DNA of 64,000 nt from an uncultured Verrucomicrobiae bacterium (lineage in GTDB: Bacteria > Verrucomicrobiota > Verrucomicrobiia > Chthoniobacterales > Chthoniobacteraceae). This document shows, piece after piece, positions 9,523 through 19,070 of the stretch (its first letter is position 1; every line of letters starts with the position of its first letter). The notes beneath the pieces are model-generated. The model searched no databases. It saw only the letters and a list, made by a program, of their open reading frames with translations, and was not told where the DNA came from. Where the stretch lies: positions 864,001-928,000 of the forward strand of contig CAWIKF010000002.1 of assembly GCA_963836755.1 (NCBI GenBank), given 5' to 3'. The position numbers and the translations under genes were made by a program.

Positions 9523-10407
9523 TTACAGCCCGATCGGATGCCAGGCCGTTTTGAATTCGGCGGTGTCGAGAATCCAATACGGATTTTCGGCCTCTTCGGT
9601 GAACCAATCGCGCGCGGCGAGGTCGCGCTGTGCGTAGCGTTTGAGGTTGATCGCGAGACCGGCTTGGAGCTGGCGCGAAATTTCCGCATCTCCGCCGCCA
9701 TCGACGATTGCGTTCACATCCATGTGGCTCGCGAAATGCGGCGCAAGCTCCGCGCGCGTGCCGGTCAAAATATTGACGACGCCGCCCGGGAGGTCGCTCG
9801 TGGCAAGGATCTCCGCGAAAGTGATCGACGGCAGTGGCATCGTTTCCGATGCGAGAACAATGACGGCATTGCCGCTCAAAATCGCCGGCGCGATCAGCGA
9901 AACGAGCGGCAGCAATGCGGGCGCGTCCGGAGAAATTGCGACGACGACGCCGGTCGGCTCGGGAGTCGTGAAATTAAAATGCGAGCTCGCGACCGGATTC
10001 ACCGCGCTGAAAAGCTGCGAAAATTTGTCGGTCCAACCCGCGTAGTGAACGAGGCGATCGACGGTTTGCTGGACCTCGCGCGCTGCGTCGACGCCACGGC
10101 CGGCGCGGCGTAATTCCTCGATGATTTCCGGCGCGCGATTTTCGAGCATCTCTGCCGCGCGATACAAAATCTGGCCGCGCAAATACGCGCTCGTTTTTGC
10201 CCAGCCCGGCTGCGCCTTCCGCGCGGCGACGACGGCGTCGCGAAAATCTTTTCGCGAGGCATGGCAGTAATTTGCGAGCGCCGTCGCGCCGTCTGCCGCG
10301 CGCGCGGTGAGGTAACGTCCGCTTTCGGTGCGCGGAAATTTGCCCCCGATATAAAGTTTGTAAGTCTTTAAAACCGCGAGGCGCTGTGATTTAACAGGCA
10401 TCGGCAT
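9523..10407 (-). CDS. Short (294 aa) aldehyde-dehydrogenase-family protein lacking the catalytic domain
   Basis: KTYKLYIGGKFPRTESGR, EPTGVV, DLPGGVVNILTG, ends KTAWHPIG; no ELGGK or GQxC segment. Confidence 0.85.
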   Translation of the reverse strand: MPMPVKSQRLAVLKTYKLYIGGKFPRTESGRYLTARAADGATALANYCHASRKDFRDAVVAARKAQPGWAKTSAYLRGQILYRAAEMLENRAPEIIEELRRAGRGVDAAREVQQTVDRLVHYAGWTDKFSQLFSAVNPVASSHFNFTTPEPTGVVVAISPDAPALLPLVSLIAPAILSGNAVIVLASETMPLPSITFAEILATSDLPGGVVNILTGTRAELAPHFASHMDVNAIVDGGGDAEISRQLQAGLAINLKRYAQRDLAARDWFTEEAENPYWILDTAEFKTAWHPIGL

Positions 10408-10501
10408 TTTTTAATGGCTGCGGCAGCTTTTGGCAATGGCTGCGACGAAACGCCGCTCCTGCACGGCAAAAACGAGCCGGGCGCGCGAATACAAACTTGA
10501 G

Positions 10502-12157
10502 TTGAGCGAAAACATTTCACCCGCATCCGCGGTTCGCATCTTGATCGTCGAGGATAACGTCGCCGATGTGCGGCTTCTCACGGAGATGCTCTCCGAGGCG
10601 CAGACGCCGTTCGCGATCGAGCAGGTGTCGCGGCTCGCGCTCGCGCTGGACCGGCTGGCGCAGGGCGGCATCAATCTGGTTTTGACCGACCTGACGCTTC
10701 CTGACAGCCACGGATTGGAAACTTTTCGCCGCCTTCATTTTCACGCGCCGACGGTGCCAGTGATCGTCCTCAGCGGTCTCGATGACGAAGCGCTGGCCGT
10801 GGACACGGTCGAGCTCGGGGCGCAGGATTATCTCGTAAAAGGACGTGTCGATGCGCGGCTGCTGGTGCGCGCGATTCGCTACGCGCTCAAGCGAATCGAG
10901 TCGGAAAAGGAATTGGCCGAGGAGCGAAATCTTCTGCGCAACGTCATCAACAATTTGCTCGACGCGATTTATGTGAAAGATCTGCGCGGCTGCTATCGGC
11001 TCGACAACATCGCGCATCAAATGTCGCTTGGCGTCTCGAGCATGGAGGAAGTGGTCGGCAAGACCGTGTTCGATTTTTTTCCGCACGAAGCGGCCGTGCA
11101 TTTTCAAGCGGACGACAATCTCGTCATTCGCACCGGCAAATCGATCGTCAATCGCCACGAATCCGTCATCGATGAAAACGGAAACAAAACATGGCTGGCC
11201 ACGACGAAAGTGCCGTTGCGCAACCGCGACGGCGAGATCGTCGGGCTCGTCGGCATCGGTCGCGACATCACGGAACGGAAGCGTTCCGAGGAGCAGCTCG
11301 CCCATTATAATGAGCAGTTGCGCTCGAAAAATTTGCAGCTCGAGGATGACCTCGACATGGCGAGCGAAATCCAGCAGGCGTTTTTGCCGCAGCAGTTTCC
11401 GTCGTTCCCGCGCAGCGCTGATGCGGATCAAAGTGCGCTGCAGTTTTTTTCAAAATATTTGCCGACGGGCGCGGTCGGCGGCGATTTTTTTCACGTGCTG
11501 CCGATCTCCGATACGAAGGCCGGCGTGTTCATCTGCGACGTGATGGGCCACGGCGTCCGCGCGGCGCTGGTCACGGCGATTCAGCGCGCGCTGGTCGAGG
11601 AATTGTCGGACGTGGCGGAAGATCCGGGCGAATTTTTGACGCGCATCAATGCGGCGCTCATTTCGATTTTGCGCCGCACGCGCACCCCGATGTTTGCGTC
11701 GGCATTTTATTTGTTCATCGATGTTGGAACGGGCGAGTTGCGCTTTGCAAATGCGGGCCATCCGAAGCCACTGCATGTCCGCCGCGATGAAGACAAAGTG
11801 GTGCCGCTTGCCGCGGAAAAAGTGCGGCCAGGCTCAGCGCTCGGCGTCTTTGCGAATGCGACTTACGAGACGTTGTCCGCGCAAGCCGCGCCGCGCGATC
11901 TCGTGCTGCTTTTTACCGACGGACTTTACGAAGTCGAAAGTGCAGAGGGCGAATATCTCGACCAGCCGCAGCTGCTTGAAATGGTGGAGCGGCGTTTGTC
12001 ACAGCCGACGGGGAAAATTTTCGACGGCCTCATCGAGGATGTGCAGCAACTTTCCGGCGCGCGAGGCTTTCTCGACGATGTATGCCTCGTCGGCGTCGAA
12101 ATCACGCGCTTGATTTCTGCAGCTACGGTGAAAACCTCTGATTCCGTGCAAGATTGA
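10502..12157 (+). CDS. REC-PAS/PAC-PP2C (SpoIIE/RsbU/RsbP-like) phosphatase
   Basis: ILIVEDN...DLTLPD...AQDYLVKG receiver; PAS ending RDITERK; GGDFF, DVMGHG, NAGHP, FTDGLYE and DDVCLV PP2C motifs. Start uncertain (TTG at 10430-10502). Confidence 0.9.
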   Translation: MSENISPASAVRILIVEDNVADVRLLTEMLSEAQTPFAIEQVSRLALALDRLAQGGINLVLTDLTLPDSHGLETFRRLHFHAPTVPVIVLSGLDDEALAVDTVELGAQDYLVKGRVDARLLVRAIRYALKRIESEKELAEERNLLRNVINNLLDAIYVKDLRGCYRLDNIAHQMSLGVSSMEEVVGKTVFDFFPHEAAVHFQADDNLVIRTGKSIVNRHESVIDENGNKTWLATTKVPLRNRDGEIVGLVGIGRDITERKRSEEQLAHYNEQLRSKNLQLEDDLDMASEIQQAFLPQQFPSFPRSADADQSALQFFSKYLPTGAVGGDFFHVLPISDTKAGVFICDVMGHGVRAALVTAIQRALVEELSDVAEDPGEFLTRINAALISILRRTRTPMFASAFYLFIDVGTGELRFANAGHPKPLHVRRDEDKVVPLAAEKVRPGSALGVFANATYETLSAQAAPRDLVLLFTDGLYEVESAEGEYLDQPQLLEMVERRLSQPTGKIFDGLIEDVQQLSGARGFLDDVCLVGVEITRLISAATVKTSDSVQD

Positions 12158-12167
12158 CCCAAGCAAT

Positions 12168-12611
12168 ATGAATTTCGAACGCTCGCGACCGGTGGAAATT
12201 TTAGTGGTGGAAGATAATGCCGGCGATGTCGGGCTTGTTACCGAGGCTTTCGCTTCGTCGCGGATCAAAAATCGTATCACCGCTGTGGCCGACGGCGAGC
12301 AGGCGCTGGAATATTTACACGGCCGCGGAAATTATGCGGGCGTTGCGCGGCCGGATTTGATTTTGCTCGATCTCGCGATGCCGGGCATCAGCGGTCATGA
12401 AGTGCTCGCGGAGATAAAGTCGGACGCAAAGCTCCGCCGCATTCCGGTTATCGTTTGGACAAATTCCAAAACGAGTGAGGACATCGGCCACGCGTATGAT
12501 TTGAAGGTGAATTCCTACATCACGAAACCGGCGGATCATGATCAGCTCATGGAAATGGTGCGCGGCATCGAGGAGTTTTGGATGACGGTGGTGAGGCTCC
12601 CACGGGAATAG
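12168..12611 (+). CDS. Single-domain response regulator (Rcp1-like)
   Basis: ILVVEDN, PDLILLDLAMP, IPVIVWT, NSYITKP, FW...LP tail. Confidence 0.9.
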   Translation: MNFERSRPVEILVVEDNAGDVGLVTEAFASSRIKNRITAVADGEQALEYLHGRGNYAGVARPDLILLDLAMPGISGHEVLAEIKSDAKLRRIPVIVWTNSKTSEDIGHAYDLKVNSYITKPADHDQLMEMVRGIEEFWMTVVRLPRE

Positions 12612-12616
12612 CGGTG

Positions 12617-14311
12617 ATGGATCAGAACGCGATTCACGTCTTGCTCGTCGAGGATAACGAGGAGCACGTGCGCCTTTTGCAGCACATGCTTTTCAGCGCG
12701 GAGGACGCTGCTTTCAAAGTGACGCGCGCCGCCACGATCCGCGAGGCGATCGAGCTTGCAGCGGAGCTCGGGCCGCAGCTCGTGCTGCTCGACCTCACGC
12801 TGCCCGATAGCGATGGCTCTGACACTTTCGCGCAAATGCAAAGCGCCGTTCCGGACACGCCGATCCTGGTGCTGAGCGGAATCGACGACGAAGCGCTCGC
12901 GATCGAAACCGTGCAACGCGGCGCGCAGGATTATCTCGTAAAAGGCCACGTCGACAATCGCTCACTCATCCGCGCGATGCGTTACGCGCTTGAGCGAAAA
13001 CGCTCGCAGCAAGAGTTGCGGCGCGCGCACGGCGAGCTCGAGCGGCGCGTCCATGAGCGCACCGCGGAACTCACCGCGGCCAACACTCTTTTAAACAACG
13101 AAATCGTCGAGCGCCGGCGGGCCGAGGAGGCGTTGCGCGAGAGCAATCGCCAGCTCGCGGAGGCAATGGGGAAACTGCGCGAGCAGCAGGAACACGCAAT
13201 CCAGCGCGAGCGTCTTCACGCGCTGGGCCGCATGGCCAGTGGCATCGCGCATGATTTCAACAACGCGCTCGCGCCGATCCTCGGCTTTAGCGAATTGCTT
13301 TTGATGCGGCCGGATGCGCTGCGAGATGTCGAGAAAACGAAAAACTATCTCGAGATGATCCACAGCGCCGCGGAAGAAAGCGCGAAGGTTGTCGGCCGAC
13401 TTCGCGAATTTTACCGCTACCGCGAAGAAGCCGAAATCTTCGCGCCGGTTTCGCTCAATGATTTGATCAATCAGGTGATTTCGCTGACGCAGCCGAGATG
13501 GCGCGACCAGGCGCTTGCGGCCGGCATCAACATCCGCGTCAAAACTGATCTGCAAAACATTCCCACGGTTTTCGGCAACGAAGCCGACCTGCGGGAAATG
13601 CTCACGAACATTCTTTTCAATTCCGTCGATGCAATCGCCCGCAGCGGCACCATCACGTTTCGAACTTTTGCGCGCGGGACGTCTGCGATTTTACAGATCA
13701 TCGACACCGGCGCCGGCATGAGCGACGACGTGCGCGCGCGCTGCCTCGAACCTTTTTTTTCCACCAAAGAAGAGCACGGCACCGGGCTCGGCCTCGGCAT
13801 TGTCTACGGAATCATTCGCCGGCATGACGGCAAAATCGAGATCGAGAGCGCGCTCGGCCGCGGGACCACCGTCAGCATCTCACTGCCGCTTTACACCGAG
13901 CCGGAAGCGCCCGAGCGAATCCGTGCCGAGGCGACGACAACTTCGCTGCGCATCCTCGTTGTCGAGGATGAACCGCTCGTGCGTGAGGTCATCGGCGTTT
14001 ATTTGATCGAAGATAATCACTTCGTCGAAACCGCGGTGAACGGGCGTGAAGGATTGGAGAAATTTCGCGCGGGCAACTTTGATCTCGTCCTCACCGATCG
14101 CGCGATGCCCGAAATGAACGGCGATGCGCTGGCTGTGGAAATTAAAAAAATCGCGCCGCAAATTCCTGTGATTTTGCTTACCGGTTTTGGTGATTTGATG
14201 AGCGGCGCCGCCGAGCGCCCGGCGGGCATCGATCTCGTAGTCAGCAAACCTTTCACGCTCAATGTGCTGCGAGACGCGATCACGCGCGGTCTGCACCGCA
14301 CTGTTAAATAA
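12617..14311 (+). CDS. Hybrid histidine kinase (REC-coiled coil-HisKA-HATPase-REC)
   Basis: GIAHDFNN H-box, NILFNSVDA N-box, DTGAGM, EPFFSTK, GTGLGL; receiver domains at both ends. Confidence 0.92.
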   Translation: MDQNAIHVLLVEDNEEHVRLLQHMLFSAEDAAFKVTRAATIREAIELAAELGPQLVLLDLTLPDSDGSDTFAQMQSAVPDTPILVLSGIDDEALAIETVQRGAQDYLVKGHVDNRSLIRAMRYALERKRSQQELRRAHGELERRVHERTAELTAANTLLNNEIVERRRAEEALRESNRQLAEAMGKLREQQEHAIQRERLHALGRMASGIAHDFNNALAPILGFSELLLMRPDALRDVEKTKNYLEMIHSAAEESAKVVGRLREFYRYREEAEIFAPVSLNDLINQVISLTQPRWRDQALAAGINIRVKTDLQNIPTVFGNEADLREMLTNILFNSVDAIARSGTITFRTFARGTSAILQIIDTGAGMSDDVRARCLEPFFSTKEEHGTGLGLGIVYGIIRRHDGKIEIESALGRGTTVSISLPLYTEPEAPERIRAEATTTSLRILVVEDEPLVREVIGVYLIEDNHFVETAVNGREGLEKFRAGNFDLVLTDRAMPEMNGDALAVEIKKIAPQIPVILLTGFGDLMSGAAERPAGIDLVVSKPFTLNVLRDAITRGLHRTVK

Positions 14312-14341
14312 CCGTTTTTAGCGTCGCCGGGTCACTCGCGC

Positions 14342-15628
14342 TCAACTCGCGACCGTCGCACTTTTCTCACCAAAGACTGCGAGCTTGCTTTGCAACGCAG
14401 GCGGCACATGCGCCCGAACGTTTACGAAATCGCCGTCGTAGCGAAGTTCGAGCACGTGCCCCACGCGATGAATCTCCGCGATCAATCCCGATTCGCGCGC
14501 CGGAATGCAATAGCTGACGCTGAGTCGCCAGGCGCTCAGCTGGTGCTCCAGCTCCTCCAGAAAAACGTCGATTCCTTCGCCCGTGGCCGCGGCGATTGCA
14601 ACGCTGTCCGGCACTTTGCGCAGCTGCGCCACGACGGCGTCGCGATTTGGAAGCGCATCCACTTTGTTAAATACGGTTAAAGTTTGTTTGCCATGCGCGT
14701 CGAGCTCTCGGACGACCGCATTCACCGCCGCGATTTGCTCCTCGAAACGCGCGTGGCTCAAGTCCACCACATGAATCAGCAGGTCGGCCTCGCGCACCTC
14801 TTCGAGCGTCGCCTTGAATGATTCGATGACGGTGTGGGGCAGCTTGCGAATGAAACCGACGGTGTCGGTGAGCAGCACTTTTTGCTTGTTCGGCAGCACG
14901 AGCTGTCGCGTGGTCGGATCAAGCGTGGCAAAAAGTTTGTCCTCCACCACCACGTCCGCGCCGGTCAGCCGATTCAGCAGCGTCGATTTTCCCGCATTGG
15001 TGTAGCCGACCAGCGCCGCGACGGGCCAATGATGCCGCCGTCGGCCTTCGCGCTGGATCGAGCGATGTTTGCGGACTTCGGTGAGGTCGCGCTCGAGCCG
15101 CGCGATGCGCTCCTGCACGCGCCGCCGATCCACTTCCAGCTGCGTCTCGCCGGGGCCGCGTGTGCCGATGCCACCGGTCTGCCGCGAAAGGTGATTCCAC
15201 ATGCGCGTAAGCCGCGGCAGCAAATATTGCAATTGCGCGAGCTCGATCTGCAGCCGCCCTTCGCGGCTGCGCGCGCGCTGTGCGAAAATGTCGAGAATGA
15301 GCTGCGTGCGATCCAGGATTTTTCGCGACGTTAGATTTTCCAGATTCCGTCCCTGCGCCGGCGAAAGTTCATCGTCAAAAATCACTGACGTCACATCGTC
15401 CCGCCGACATTGCTCCGCGACCTGCTCGGCTTTTCCTTTGCCAATGTAAAACGGCGCCGTCGGCTGCTCCAGCCGCTGCGTGATTTGCCCGACCACTTCC
15501 GCGCCGGCCGTAAACGCCAGCTCCGCCAGCTCGTCGAGCGATTCCTTTAGGTCCCATTTACTCACGCCGTCGCGCTCGAGCCCGATCAGGAGCGCCTTCT
15601 CCTTCCGCTGCGGATGCGTGTCAAACAT
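14342..15628 (-). CDS. hflX: GTPase HflX
   Basis: GIGTRGPGETQLEVDRR, GYTNAGKST, LFATLDPT, DTVGFI, NKVD. Confidence 0.97.
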   Translation of the reverse strand: MFDTHPQRKEKALLIGLERDGVSKWDLKESLDELAELAFTAGAEVVGQITQRLEQPTAPFYIGKGKAEQVAEQCRRDDVTSVIFDDELSPAQGRNLENLTSRKILDRTQLILDIFAQRARSREGRLQIELAQLQYLLPRLTRMWNHLSRQTGGIGTRGPGETQLEVDRRRVQERIARLERDLTEVRKHRSIQREGRRRHHWPVAALVGYTNAGKSTLLNRLTGADVVVEDKLFATLDPTTRQLVLPNKQKVLLTDTVGFIRKLPHTVIESFKATLEEVREADLLIHVVDLSHARFEEQIAAVNAVVRELDAHGKQTLTVFNKVDALPNRDAVVAQLRKVPDSVAIAAATGEGIDVFLEELEHQLSAWRLSVSYCIPARESGLIAEIHRVGHVLELRYDGDFVNVRAHVPPALQSKLAVFGEKSATVAS

Positions 15629-16526
15629 CGGCCAGCGCTGGGCGCGCGCGCACCCTGCGCACGATGGCTTCGATCGCGGATTCGGGGGAGAGCGTGGACA
15701 AATTCAGCGGCTCGAACATGGACTCGCGACGGAACCAGGTCAATTGGCGTTTCGCGTAGCGCCGCGTCGCCTGCGCGATTTCTGCGATCGCCTCGGCTTC
15801 CGAAATCTCGCTGCGCAAACAAGCTCGCGCCTCGCGCAAACCCAGAACCTGTGCGGCTGTGACGCCGATTTCGTGGATGCCGGTTACTTCGTTGAGTAAA
15901 CCATTCTCAAACATCTGTTGAACGCGCGTTTCGATCCGCTGGTTCAAATCATCGCGCTCGCGCTTAAGAAAAAATCCAACAGACGGCGCGGGACTTTGAT
16001 TCCATTCCTTGCGAAACGAGGAAGAGGGCTTTCCGGTCAGCAGACAAATTTCGAGCGCGCGCACGAGACGCCGTTTGTTTTTCAAATCGATCAAGTTTGC
16101 GCCGTTCGGATCCAGCGCCGCGTAACGCATTTGTAAATCTGTCAGCGACTGATCTTCCAGTTCAGCCCGCACCCGCGCGTCCGCTCGTGGCAAATCCGAA
16201 AGCCCGTGCGTGAGAGCGCGCACGTAAAGTCCCGTGCCGCCGACGACCAGCACATGGCGACCGCGTGCAGCGATTTCCGCCGCGTGCAATTTTGCCTGCG
16301 CCGCAAACTGCGCCACATCGAAGCTCCGCGTGATCGGAATGTCGCCGATCAAGTGGTGGCGCGCCTTTTCGAGCGTTCGCCGGTTCGGCTTTGCCGTCAA
16401 AATTTCAAGCCCCGCATAAACTTGAAACGCGTCGGCGCCAATAATCTCCGCGTCGATCCGCGACGCGACCTCGGCGGCGATCTCGGATTTTCCCACGGCA
16501 GTCGGCCCGACGATGAAAAGCATCAT
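15621..16526 (-). CDS. miaA: tRNA dimethylallyltransferase
   Basis: GPTAVGKS, DAFQVY, TAKP, VGGTGLY, TRRYAKRQLTWFR; overlaps the hflX start by 8 bp. Confidence 0.95.
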   Translation of the reverse strand: MMLFIVGPTAVGKSEIAAEVASRIDAEIIGADAFQVYAGLEILTAKPNRRTLEKARHHLIGDIPITRSFDVAQFAAQAKLHAAEIAARGRHVLVVGGTGLYVRALTHGLSDLPRADARVRAELEDQSLTDLQMRYAALDPNGANLIDLKNKRRLVRALEICLLTGKPSSSFRKEWNQSPAPSVGFFLKRERDDLNQRIETRVQQMFENGLLNEVTGIHEIGVTAAQVLGLREARACLRSEISEAEAIAEIAQATRRYAKRQLTWFRRESMFEPLNLSTLSPESAIEAIVRRVRARPALADV

Positions 16527-16621
16527 GCACGATTCTCCGACATCCATTCGTCGGCGGCAAAGTTCCAGATGGAATTTGCCGATTGGCAACTTTTCCGCCG
16601 CATTCTAACCTCGCAGTGATT

Positions 16622-16822
16622 ATGAAATTCCTGAGTTTGTTTTTGCTCTCCGCCTGCGCGTTTCTCGGTGCCGCTTGCGAGCAGCACCGTCCCGCCGAGC
16701 TGGAGCAAATCGCGGAACGACCGGAGCCGGGTGAAAACGTAAAAGAGGGAAATGCGAAAACGGCGGATCGTTCCGTGAAGAGCCAGCCAGACGCATCGGC
16801 GCCAAAATATTTCCAGCGTTAG
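16622..16822 (+). CDS. Small putative lipoprotein
   Basis: MKFLSLFLLSACAFLGAAC signal peptide with lipobox-like Cys; fills the gap between genes. Confidence 0.6.
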   Translation: MKFLSLFLLSACAFLGAACEQHRPAELEQIAERPEPGENVKEGNAKTADRSVKSQPDASAPKYFQR

Positions 16823-17880
16823 CACACCGCTTCTCCCATCACTTTTGCGGTCAAAAAGCGCAGCGCAGGCGGATGCCACCGCAGCACATCGAGCGCGAAA
16901 CTGCCGAGCCGCGGTTCGAGCACCGCGCATCGCGCGACTCGATTGACCCACAATCTTCCCCGGTAAAGTTGCGCATGTTCCATCGCATAAACTTGCGCGG
17001 CTGATTCCGCGCGAAGGTGCTTTGCAGCAAGCTCCCCGGACGCCATCGCGTAATAAATTCCCTCGCCGGTGAATGGCTCCACCACGCGCGCCGCGTCGCC
17101 GATTACGAGTAAGTTTTGACTCCATGGCGCGATTGCAGCGCGCGACAGCGGAGCGATCGTGCGCCATGCGTGCCGCGCCGGAATGGAAAAAGATTTCTCC
17201 GCGAAAGCCTTCAACGCCGCGATTTCACGCGGGCGGCTCACGAGGCAAAGATTGAGCCGCCCGTTTCCAACGCTCGCGATGCCGCAATAGCCTTCGGGCA
17301 GAAATCGCAGCACGACGCGTTCGCCAAAATCGTCCGGCGCTGCAATGTGCGTTTGCAATGCGACGCGATCCGTGAGCGATGGCGGCATCAAGCCGAGAAG
17401 GCGCATCGCGGTTGAGTTTCGACCGTCGGCGGCGACGAGCGAGCGGCATTCAAAAAACCGATCGCTGGTGTGAATTTTCCAGCCGCGTTCGATCGAAGTC
17501 ACCGCGGCGCTTTGCAAAAATTCTACGCCACATTCGACGGCGCGCTCGCGCAGCAACTCGTCAAACAACGCACGCGGGATGGCGATTTCGCCGCGCGAGG
17601 ATTTCGTCAGCGGAAATTTGATCGAGCGTCCGCGAAGGCCGATGAATTCGACTTCCTCGAGCTTTGAATGCGGGAGCGACAGCAGGCGCTCGGCGATTTC
17701 GAGACGTTCTAAGATCGGCCAGCAGCTTGGATTGATGCAATCGCCGCAAACTTTGTCGCGCGGAAATGAAGCCTTCTCGAGCACGAGTGTTTTGAAACCG
17801 AGCTGCGCACAAAATGCCGCGCAAGTCGCGCCAGCCGGTCCGCCGCCGACGATGATGACGTCGTAAAAATCGCGCGGCAC
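16819..17880 (-). CDS. FAD-dependent oxidoreductase, geranylgeranyl-reductase family
   Basis: YDVIIVGGGPAG, FPRDKVCGD, AADGRNS, IGDAARVVEPFTGEGIYYA. GTG at 17880 chosen. Confidence 0.88.
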   Translation of the reverse strand: MPRDFYDVIIVGGGPAGATCAAFCAQLGFKTLVLEKASFPRDKVCGDCINPSCWPILERLEIAERLLSLPHSKLEEVEFIGLRGRSIKFPLTKSSRGEIAIPRALFDELLRERAVECGVEFLQSAAVTSIERGWKIHTSDRFFECRSLVAADGRNSTAMRLLGLMPPSLTDRVALQTHIAAPDDFGERVVLRFLPEGYCGIASVGNGRLNLCLVSRPREIAALKAFAEKSFSIPARHAWRTIAPLSRAAIAPWSQNLLVIGDAARVVEPFTGEGIYYAMASGELAAKHLRAESAAQVYAMEHAQLYRGRLWVNRVARCAVLEPRLGSFALDVLRWHPPALRFLTAKVMGEAVC

Positions 17881-17885
17881 AGAGT

Positions 17886-19016
17886 TTAAACAAAGACCTC
17901 TGCGATCGCGTCCGCCATCAATCGGCCTTTGCGCGTGAGCACCACACGCTCGCCGGAATCTTCCAGGAATCCGAGCTCGCGAAAGCCGCGAATTTGCTCG
18001 CTCCAAGGTTCCAGCGCGGCGCGCGCAAGTCCGCGATTTGTGCGCAGACCGAACGCCATGCGCTCGCTGAGTTGTGTCGCCGGCGAAAGGCTTTCTTCAA
18101 AGGCTCGCGGGGATCGGCCGTCGAAAAGCGCATCGGAGTAGGCGACGGAATCGCGAACATTTTCCCAGCGGTGATCGGCAACGGTCGAAAACGCGCCGGG
18201 GCCGATGCCGAGATAATCCGCGCCATTCCAATACGCGAAATTGTGCGCGGATTCGTATGCGGGTTTGGCGTAGTTCGAGATCTCGTAATGCGCGTATCCG
18301 GCGGATTCGAGCGCATCCATCGTCATCTCGAAAAAGTCGGCGCCGAGTTCGTCATCGCGATGAAATTCGCGGGACTGCAGTTTCTGAAAATAAGCCGTGT
18401 CTTCCTCGTAAGTCAGGCAATAGGCGGAGATGTGTTCGGGAGAAAACTCGATCAATTTTTCGAGATCGCGTTGCAGTTGAGCGGCTGTCTGCCCGGGCAC
18501 GGCGAACATGAGATCGAAATTGATGTTCGCGAAACCGGCTTCGCGCAATGTGTGAAAAGTTCGCTGCGAATGTTCAGCAGTGTGTGAGCGGCCGAGTTTC
18601 TGCAACGTCTCGTCATTCCAAGATTGAACACCAATGCTCGCGCGGTCGACGCCGAGCGTGTGGAGCAGCCGCGCTTTATCGGGCGAGACTGTGGCGGGAT
18701 TCATTTCAAACGTGAATTCCGTGAGCCGCGACAAGTCGAGACGAGCTCGCAGGCCGTTTAGCAAAAAATCGATCTGCGAGAGTGAGAGCGAAGTGGGCGT
18801 GCCGCCGCCGAAGTAAATTGTCTCGGGCTGAATTGCGAATGCGGCAGACTGTTTTTCGATTTCCAAAAGCAACGCGTCGAGGAATCGCGCCGATTTATTT
18901 CGCATCGTCGTCTCCACGTGAAAGCTGCAATACGGGCAGAGCTTCGCGCAAAACGGGATGTGGAAATAAAGATGGCGGATCGGATTTTCCGCCGCCGCTG
19001 GACTGGAATTAGTCAC
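17886..19016 (-). CDS. hemW: Radical SAM heme chaperone HemW (HemN-like)
   Basis: LYFHIPFCAKLCPYCSF, YFGGGTP, HYEISNYA, HNFAYW, YLGIGPGA. Start uncertain (19016-19058). Confidence 0.9.
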   Translation of the reverse strand: MTNSSPAAAENPIRHLYFHIPFCAKLCPYCSFHVETTMRNKSARFLDALLLEIEKQSAAFAIQPETIYFGGGTPTSLSLSQIDFLLNGLRARLDLSRLTEFTFEMNPATVSPDKARLLHTLGVDRASIGVQSWNDETLQKLGRSHTAEHSQRTFHTLREAGFANINFDLMFAVPGQTAAQLQRDLEKLIEFSPEHISAYCLTYEEDTAYFQKLQSREFHRDDELGADFFEMTMDALESAGYAHYEISNYAKPAYESAHNFAYWNGADYLGIGPGAFSTVADHRWENVRDSVAYSDALFDGRSPRAFEESLSPATQLSERMAFGLRTNRGLARAALEPWSEQIRGFRELGFLEDSGERVVLTRKGRLMADAIAEVFV

Positions 19017-19070
19017 GGATGGATTTCGATTCCCTAATCCGTGATTGATGCTTGTCAATCGGTCGCTTGC

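Noticed and set aside
8674..10113. Long antisense ORFs (also 19254-20405, 28773-29897, 44079-45416, 60026-61408)
   Set aside because: Mirror frames of well-supported genes in GC-rich DNA; no motifs.
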